Positions 58,236-64,000 of a stretch of 64,000 bases of DNA are shown one piece after another. Both the position numbers and the translations under genes were made by a program. Below the pieces are notes generated by a model. It did not search any database and had not been told where the DNA came from. It saw only the letters and a list, made by a program, of their open reading frames with translations. The stretch's first letter is position 1; every line of letters begins with the position of its first letter. The DNA lies in NCBI GenBank assembly GCA_949293265.1, contig CASFCK010000003.1, forward strand, positions 9,264-73,263, given 5' to 3'. Source of the stretch: an uncultured bacterium (GTDB lineage Bacteria; Bacillota_I; Bacilli_A; Acholeplasmatales; Anaeroplasmataceae).

Positions 58236-58305
58236 GCGCCGTATACGGACCCGTACGTACGGTGCAATGGGAGGGAAAATAATTATTATATTTTCTCTAC
58301 CCTAT
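58236..58305 (+). other. Intron domains V and VI (catalytic hairpin and branch-site helix)
   Basis: DV: GCGCCGUA/UACGGUGC lower stem, 2-nt 3' bulge and a short upper stem. DVI: GGGAGGGAAAAUA pairs with UAUUUUCUCU(A)CCC, with one unpaired A. Confidence 0.7.
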
Positions 58306-58360
58306 TAAATGAAATAAGAATGTTTAAAATAGATAGGATAAAAAGCTAAACAATTAACTC

Positions 58361-58392
58361 TAAAATTATAAAGGTTCCAATTTATAATTTTA
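58361..58392. repeat. Perfect 12-bp AT-only inverted repeat just upstream of the pyrB promoter
   Basis: TAAAATTATAAA (58361-58372), 8-nt spacer GGTTCCAA, TTTATAATTTTA (58381-58392). Confidence 0.5.
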
Positions 58393-58394
58393 AC

Positions 58395-58423
58395 TTGTAA
58401 ATATAAAAAAGATATGCTATTAT
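58395..58423 (+). promoter_or_regulatory. Candidate pyrB promoter: TTGTAA-17 nt-TATTAT with extended -10 TGc
   Basis: TTGTAA 58395-58400, TG 58415-58416, TATTAT 58418-58423. Confidence 0.55.
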
Positions 58424-58462
58424 ACTTTAGGTAAAAAATAAGATTAGCAGTGAGGTGTCCTT

Positions 58463-59335
58463 ATGCGCGGTTTACTTACATTACATGATTTATCGGTAAA
58501 TAAAATTCAAGAAATAATAGATTTAGCTTTAAAATTAAAGGGTGGTTTTTCTAAAAATTATGTTGGAAAGAAAATGGCCACTCTTTTTTTTGAGAATTCA
58601 ACTCGTACGCAATACAGTTTTCAAGTAGCAATGATGAATTTAGGTATTCAAGTAGTAGGTTTTAACGCCTCAGTATCATCAGTTCAAAAAGGAGAATCAT
58701 TATATGATACGGTTAGAACTTTTGAGGCTTTAGGTTTAGATGGGGTTGTAATAAGATCAAGTATAGATAATTATTTTGATCAATTACAAAACATTAAAAT
58801 GCCTATATTTAATGGTGGTGATGGAGCTAGTAATCACCCAACCCAATGCTTATTAGATTTAATGACTATTTATGAAGAGTTTGGCCATTTTGCCGGACTT
58901 AAAGTTTGTATGATTGGCGATATATCACATTCGCGCGTAGCTCATGGTAATATTGAGGTAATGAAAAGATTAGGAATGGATGTATATATATCAGGACCAG
59001 AAGAATTTAATGATGGTAGTGCACCTCATCTAGATTTTGTTGAAGCTGTTAAAACTTGTGATGTAATTATGATGTTAAGAGTTCAATTTGAACGACATAA
59101 AGAAAAAATGCATTTAACTGAAAAAGAATATTTTGATTTATATGGCTTAGATATGAATAAGGTTAAATTAATGAAAGAAAAAGCAATTATAATGCATCCG
59201 GCTCCTGTTAATCGTAATATAGAAATCGCTGATGATGTAGTAGAATGTAAAAAAGCAAGGATATATAAACAAATGACTAATGGTGTTTATATAAGAATGG
59301 CTGTTATTTCAATGGTTTTAGATGGTGATTTATAA
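58463..59335 (+). CDS. pyrB: Aspartate carbamoyltransferase catalytic subunit
   Basis: NSTRTQYSF, HPTQCLLD and MHPAPVNR. GAGGTG SD. Confidence 0.95.
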   Translation: MRGLLTLHDLSVNKIQEIIDLALKLKGGFSKNYVGKKMATLFFENSTRTQYSFQVAMMNLGIQVVGFNASVSSVQKGESLYDTVRTFEALGLDGVVIRSSIDNYFDQLQNIKMPIFNGGDGASNHPTQCLLDLMTIYEEFGHFAGLKVCMIGDISHSRVAHGNIEVMKRLGMDVYISGPEEFNDGSAPHLDFVEAVKTCDVIMMLRVQFERHKEKMHLTEKEYFDLYGLDMNKVKLMKEKAIIMHPAPVNRNIEIADDVVECKKARIYKQMTNGVYIRMAVISMVLDGDL

Positions 59336-60531
59336 TGTATAAATTAAAAGGTGGATTTATAATTCAAAATAATAAGTTAATAAAAAAAGACATTTACATT
59401 AAGGATAACTTAATTGTTGATTATTTAGCTGAAGCTAAAGAAATTGATTGTACTAATTTATTAGTAATGCCAGGTGTTTGTGATCTACATGTCCATCTTC
59501 GTGAACCAGGTCAAACTGCTAAAGAAACTATTTTAACTGGTACTAAGGCAGCAGCTAAAGGTGGAGTTACAACTATATTTGCCATGCCAAATTTAATTCC
59601 CTACCCTGATAGTTTAGAAGGATTAAAGGTTGAAGAAGATATAATTTTAAAAGATGCAGTTGTAAATGTTTATCCTTATGCATGTATTACTAAATCTGAA
59701 AAAGGTAAGGAATTAAGCGATATTGGTGTTTTAGCAAAAAGAGTATTAGCTTTTTCAGATGATGGTGTAGGAATTAATGATTATGAATTATTAAAAAAAG
59801 CTCAAATATTAGTTAAAGATGCAAATAGAATAATTTGTTCTCATGCTGAAGATTATAGTTATGTTCCGACTGATAATAGATCTGAATATATGGCTGTTAA
59901 AAATGAATTAGAAGTAGTAAAAGAAACAAAGGTTAAATATCATTTTTGTCATCTATCAACTAAAGAAAGTTTTGCTTATGTTAAACAAGCGAAGGCCTTA
60001 GGTTTAGATGTGTCATGTGAAGTTACACCACATCATTTATTTTTAAATCAAAATATGATTAATGACGATCCTAATTTTAAAATGAATCCGCCTTTACGTA
60101 GTATTGAAGATCAGCAAGCAACAATAAAAGCTTTATTAGATGGTACAGCTAGTGTAATAGCCACAGACCATGCTCCTCACACGAAGGAAGATAAAAACAA
60201 ACCTTATGCTAAGGCCTTAAACGGTATTATCGGTTTAGAAACTTTAGTTCCATTAGTATATACTAATTTAATTAAAACGGGGATAGCAGGGTATGACTTG
60301 TTTTTAGATTGGTTAGTTAATAATCCACGCAAAGTTATGGGACTAGCTAAGGTTAGCCTAGATAGTGGTAATATAGCTGATATAGCTTGTTTTGATATTT
60401 TTAATAGTCATATTTATAAAGAAGAAGAGATTGTTTCAAAAGGTAAAAATTCACCTTTTATAGGTCAAGAATTATATGGTTTTTGTAAATATACTTTTGT
60501 AAATGGCAAATTAATTTATGGTGGTGAATAA
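59335..60531 (+). CDS. pyrC: Dihydroorotase
   Basis: CDLHVHLREPG and TDHAPH. TAATG overlap with pyrB. Confidence 0.93.
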   Translation: MYKLKGGFIIQNNKLIKKDIYIKDNLIVDYLAEAKEIDCTNLLVMPGVCDLHVHLREPGQTAKETILTGTKAAAKGGVTTIFAMPNLIPYPDSLEGLKVEEDIILKDAVVNVYPYACITKSEKGKELSDIGVLAKRVLAFSDDGVGINDYELLKKAQILVKDANRIICSHAEDYSYVPTDNRSEYMAVKNELEVVKETKVKYHFCHLSTKESFAYVKQAKALGLDVSCEVTPHHLFLNQNMINDDPNFKMNPPLRSIEDQQATIKALLDGTASVIATDHAPHTKEDKNKPYAKALNGIIGLETLVPLVYTNLIKTGIAGYDLFLDWLVNNPRKVMGLAKVSLDSGNIADIACFDIFNSHIYKEEEIVSKGKNSPFIGQELYGFCKYTFVNGKLIYGGE

Positions 60532-60532
60532 A

Positions 60533-61633
60533 ATGAAGAGAAAACTAGTACTTGAAAATGGAATGGAATTTGAAGGAATAGGCTTTGGCTCAAAGAAAGA
60601 AAAAGTAGCTGAAATAGTATTTAATACATCTATGGTAGGTTATCAAGAAATTTTATCTGATCCCTCATATTGTGATCAATTTGTTGTAATGACTTATCCG
60701 TTAATAGGTAATTATGGATTAACTGATGAAGATTATGAATCTAAAAACATATATATGTCAGGCTTTGTGGTAAGAGAATATAATGATCTACCTTCAAACT
60801 TTAGATATACTAGAACACTGTCAGATGTTATGGAAGAAAATAAGGTTGTTGGTATTTCTGATATAGACACTAGAGAATTAGTGAGAGTTATCAGAGATTA
60901 TGGCTCTATGAAAGCATTTATTTGTGATGTTGATAAATCGCATGAATACGCCATGGAACACATTAAAAACTATAATTACCCGACAAATCAAGTTGATAAA
61001 GTTTCTTCTAAGCGCGTATGGTATTCAAGAACTAGAAACCCGCTATATAATGTTGTATGTGTTGATTGTGGTTGTAAATTAAATATTATTCGTAAACTTA
61101 ATGAATTTGGTTGCAATGTAGTAGTAGTTCCATATAATGTTACTAAAGAAGAGGTTTTAAAATATCATCCAGATGGTTTATTTTTATCAAATGGTCCTGG
61201 TGATCCTGAAAATGTTAAACCTGTTATTGAACTAATAAAAGAATTAAAGGGTAAATTACCAATTTTAGGAATATGCTTAGGTCATCAAATGATAGGTTTG
61301 GCTTATGGTGCTAAAACATACAAAATGAAGTTTGGGCATCGTGGCGCTAATCACCCGGTAAGAGACCTTGAAACTAGTAAGGTAGAAATAACAAGTCAAA
61401 ATCATAGTTTTGCGGTTGATAAAAGCAGTTTAGAAGGAACTGGACTTACCTTAACTCATATTAATATTTTAGATAATGAAGCTGAAGGTATGAAGGATGA
61501 AAAAAATTATTTAATGTGCGTACAATACCATCCTGAATCAGCTGCTGGTCCTGAGGATAGTACATATTTATTTGCGAGATTTAGAAATTTAATGAAGGAG
61601 TGGAAATCAAAATGCCAAAAAGAAGAGATTTAA
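60533..61633 (+). CDS. carA: Carbamoyl-phosphate synthase small (glutaminase) subunit
   Basis: GICLGHQ catalytic Cys and YHPE. ATG 60533 lies 1 nt after the pyrC stop; the track start 60518 is upstream. Confidence 0.95.
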   Translation: MKRKLVLENGMEFEGIGFGSKKEKVAEIVFNTSMVGYQEILSDPSYCDQFVVMTYPLIGNYGLTDEDYESKNIYMSGFVVREYNDLPSNFRYTRTLSDVMEENKVVGISDIDTRELVRVIRDYGSMKAFICDVDKSHEYAMEHIKNYNYPTNQVDKVSSKRVWYSRTRNPLYNVVCVDCGCKLNIIRKLNEFGCNVVVVPYNVTKEEVLKYHPDGLFLSNGPGDPENVKPVIELIKELKGKLPILGICLGHQMIGLAYGAKTYKMKFGHRGANHPVRDLETSKVEITSQNHSFAVDKSSLEGTGLTLTHINILDNEAEGMKDEKNYLMCVQYHPESAAGPEDSTYLFARFRNLMKEWKSKCQKEEI

Positions 61634-64000
61634 AGAAGATAATGGTTATTGGTTCCGGTCCAATTGTTATCGGTCAAGGCGCAGAATTTGATTATGCTGG
61701 TACTCAAGCATGTCTAGCTTTAAAAGAAGAAGGCTATGAAGTGGTTTTAGTAAATTCTAATCCAGCTACAATTATGACCGATACTAAAATTGCTGATAAA
61801 GTCTATATGGAACCATTAGATTTAGAGAACGTTGCTAAAATAATTCGTTTTGAACGTCCTGATGGTTTAATTTGTTCAATTGGTGGCCAAACCGGTTTAA
61901 ATTTAGGTATGCAATTATACCGTAAAGGCGTCTTAGAAGAATGCCAAGTTGAACTATTAGGCACTGGGTATGACGCGATTAATAAAGCGGAAGATCGCGA
62001 ACTTTTTAGAAATTTATGTTTAGAAATTGGTGAGCCAATATTAGAAAGTATCAATTGTAAATCAATTGAAGAAATTAAAGCCGCGGCCTTAAAGATTGGT
62101 TACCCCGTTATTTTACGTCCTGCCTTTACATTAGGTGGTACAGGTGGTGGTTTTGCTAATGGTGAAGAAGAAATTACAACTTTAGCAAAAAATGCCCTTA
62201 AATTATCTCCTGTAGGTGAAGTTCTAGTAGAAAAATCTATTAAAGGCTTTAAAGAAATAGAATATGAAGTATTAAGAGATAAGAATGATACGGCAATTGT
62301 TGTATGTAATATGGAAAATGTTGATCCTGTAGGTATACATACAGGTGATAGTATAGTTGTAGCACCAAGTCAAACCTTAACTAATAAAGAATATCAAATG
62401 TTAAGAAATAGTGCTCTAAAGATAATAAGAGCCTTAAACATTGAAGGTGGTTGCAATGTTCAATTTAGTTTAGACCCCTATTCATTTCAATACTATGTAA
62501 TAGAGGTTAATCCTCGTGTTTCACGTTCAAGTGCTCTTGCTAGTAAAGCTTCTGGTTATCCAATAGCTAGAGTTTCAGCTAAAATAGCTTGTGGAATGTT
62601 ATTAGATGAAATTGATATTGCTAATACTAAAGCTAGTTTTGAACCGACTCTAGATTATGTAGTAACTAAAATTCCAAGATTCCCATTTGATAAATTTCAA
62701 ACAGCAAATCGTCACCTTTCTACCCAAATGAAGGCTACTGGTGAAGTTATGGCAATAGGTAGAACGATTGAAGAAAGTTTACTTAAAGCCGTTAGATCAC
62801 TAGAAAATAAAGTATATCATCTTTATTTACCAAAACTTAAATTATTATCTAAAAAAGAATTATTTGCTTTTATTAAAGAAGAAAATGATGAAAGAATCTA
62901 TGCAATAGCAGAAGCGTTAAGACGTGATGTAACTATAGATGATTTATATCAATTAACTAAAATAGATAGATTTTTCTTAGAGAAAATAAACCATATTATC
63001 GAAATAGAGCGCACAATTTGTCGAGATCCACTTGCATTAGATAATCTTAGATTAGCAAAACGTTATGCTTTTTCAGATGAATATATTGCTACGCTAGCTA
63101 ATGTAAGTCCCAAAGAAGTTTATAACTTAAGAGCTAAATATAATTTGTTTCCGGTTTATAAAATGATTGATACTTGTGCAAGTGAGTTTAAATCATATAT
63201 ACCTTATTTTTATTCTACCTATGAACATGAAAATGAAAGTATTAGAAGTAATAAGCAAAAAGTTGTTGTTTTAGGCTCAGGTCCTATAAGAATAGGTCAA
63301 GGTGTTGAGTTTGATTATTCTACAGTCCATGCAATTTGGGCTATTAAAGAAGAAGGCTATGAAGCTATTGTCATTAACAATAACCCAGAGACTGTTTCTA
63401 CTGACTATACATTATCAGACAAATTATATTTTGAACCTTTAACATATGAAGATGTAATGAACATAATTCATTTTGAACAACCTATTGGTGTTGTTGTAGC
63501 CTTAGGTGGACAAACAGCCATCAATTTAGCATCTGATTTAGAAAATAGTGGTATAAAATTAATAGGCGCTTCTGCTAAAGCTATAGACTTAGCTGAAGAT
63601 AGAGAAGCATTTGAACAAATAATGAATAAACTAAACATTCCTATGCCAAGTGGTAAAGGTGTATTTAGTGTAGCTGAAGGCTTAGAAGAAGCAAATAAAA
63701 TCGGTTATCCGGTATTAGTAAGACCATCATTTGTCCTTGGTGGTAGAATGATGCATATAGTTTATGATAAAGAAAATCTAGAAGCCTTTATAAGAGAAGC
63801 CTTAGAATATGATAGTACTCACCCAGTATTAGTTGATAAATATATTAGCGGTCAAGAATGTGAAGTTGATGCTATATGTGATGGTGAAGATGTATTTATC
63901 CCAGGTATAATGGAACATATTGAAAAAACAGGTGTTCATAGCGGTGATAGTATGAGTGTTTATCCGCCATATTCATTAAATGAAGAAACATGCAAGGTGA
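61612..64000 (+). CDS. carB: Carbamoyl-phosphate synthase large subunit, 3' end truncated by the window edge
   Basis: [33 protein letters not shown]. The second ATP-grasp half starts about 63265 ([20 protein letters not shown]). The frame is open to nt 64000. It is absent from the ORF track only because no stop is reached. AAGGAG SD. Confidence 0.95.
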   Translation, partial: MPKRRDLKKIMVIGSGPIVIGQGAEFDYAGTQACLALKEEGYEVVLVNSNPATIMTDTKIADKVYMEPLDLENVAKIIRFERPDGLICSIGGQTGLNLGMQLYRKGVLEECQVELLGTGYDAINKAEDRELFRNLCLEIGEPILESINCKSIEEIKAAALKIGYPVILRPAFTLGGTGGGFANGEEEITTLAKNALKLSPVGEVLVEKSIKGFKEIEYEVLRDKNDTAIVVCNMENVDPVGIHTGDSIVVAPSQTLTNKEYQMLRNSALKIIRALNIEGGCNVQFSLDPYSFQYYVIEVNPRVSRSSALASKASGYPIARVSAKIACGMLLDEIDIANTKASFEPTLDYVVTKIPRFPFDKFQTANRHLSTQMKATGEVMAIGRTIEESLLKAVRSLENKVYHLYLPKLKLLSKKELFAFIKEENDERIYAIAEALRRDVTIDDLYQLTKIDRFFLEKINHIIEIERTICRDPLALDNLRLAKRYAFSDEYIATLANVSPKEVYNLRAKYNLFPVYKMIDTCASEFKSYIPYFYSTYEHENESIRSNKQKVVVLGSGPIRIGQGVEFDYSTVHAIWAIKEEGYEAIVINNNPETVSTDYTLSDKLYFEPLTYEDVMNIIHFEQPIGVVVALGGQTAINLASDLENSGIKLIGASAKAIDLAEDREAFEQIMNKLNIPMPSGKGVFSVAEGLEEANKIGYPVLVRPSFVLGGRMMHIVYDKENLEAFIREALEYDSTHPVLVDKYISGQECEVDAICDGEDVFIPGIMEHIEKTGVHSGDSMSVYPPYSLNEETCKV

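Larger units (their letters stand above)
56385..58305 (+). mobile_element. Group II intron, class C (IIC)-like, about 1.92 kb, with an RT/maturase ORF in domain IV
   Basis: 5' GTGTGCCGGGCATGG. Only about 510 nt precede the ORF. Domain V-like hairpin at 58236-58265 with a CGC triad. Domain VI with bulged A 58299, located 7 nt from the proposed 3' end ..CCCTAT 58305. Insertion is just 3' of a terminator hairpin. G+C is locally higher than the flanks. Confidence 0.85.

Noticed and set aside
1709-62054. About 27 short ORFs of 60-137 aa in the supplied track that lie inside larger conserved genes. All are antisense except 32089-32313, which is on the same strand inside topA. Examples: 1818-2231, 8237-8554, 25390-25743, 33333-33707, 38825-39067, 57410-57802 and 61803-62054.
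   Set aside because: Each is fully embedded in a gene with strong family motifs. None has a convincing SD. Their low-complexity Ser/Leu/Ile-rich products are typical of shadow frames. I treat them as non-coding.
1-64000. Possible Mollicutes genetic code 4 (UGA read as Trp), given the AT-richness and gene content.
   Set aside because: Several genes end at TGA, for example at 5062-5064 and 7350-7352. All conserved proteins are full length under code 11 without in-frame TGA, and Trp positions use TGG. The standard code applies.
1-64000. CRISPR arrays, rRNA/tRNA genes, IS elements, and prophage or defence islands.
   Set aside because: Reading the intergenic regions showed no regularly spaced direct repeats, tRNA-like cloverleaf candidates, transposase ORFs or phage genes. 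The longest intergenic regions are 11939-12060, 12589-12782, 17888-17996, 47563-47697, 53535-53692 and 56334-56897. All are explained by promoters, terminators or the intron. This was a by-eye scan only, so tRNAscan or Infernal would be needed for certainty.

Overview
AT-rich (roughly 30% G+C by eye) bacterial chromosomal segment read with the standard code: TGA is used as a stop and every conserved gene is full length under code 11. I call about 58 protein genes, all but three on the + strand. They are tightly packed, with many abutting or overlapping stop/start junctions (ATGA, TAATG). Content is almost entirely housekeeping, and local gene orders match Bacillus-type Firmicutes operons: dnaG-sigA-trmK, priA-fmt, metK, comF remnant-hpf-secA-prfB, glgB-glgP, ftsK-like, lepB-rbgA-rnhB, topA, ftsY-ylxM-ffh, a U32 (trhP-like) pair, greA, yqeG-yqeH-yqeK/rsfS, gpmI, pepF, ttcA-tcdA, feoAB and pyrB-pyrC-carAB. 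This fits a reduced-genome low-GC Firmicute or a Mollicutes relative that does not recode UGA (Acholeplasma/Erysipelotrichia-like); that placement is inference only. I saw no rRNA, tRNA, CRISPR array, prophage or recognisable defence island. The one clear mobile element is a class C-like group II intron (56385-58305, with an RT/maturase ORF) inserted 7 nt after the feo operon terminator hairpin. Items worth a second look: (1) two in-frame gene fusions that keep an SD+ATG at the junction (TrmK::alpha/beta-hydrolase and YqeK::RsfS); (2) a polytopic membrane protein with a degenerate HD-GYP-like domain, translationally coupled to a TSCPD protein and metK; (3) a self-contained bicistron of an unrecognised 605-aa membrane protein plus a second LemA; (4) feoB interrupted by a 1-nt frameshift at an A5 run; (5) paired GTTAGC-N4-GCTAAC palindromes around the feoA promoter; (6) a TM-less FtsK-like translocase overlapped by an upstream membrane-protein gene; (7) a membrane-anchored orphan MutS-type ATPase. 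I cannot point to a convincing new multi-gene system; the candidates are ranked honestly in the findings. All protein family calls come from motif recognition by eye, not from searches.
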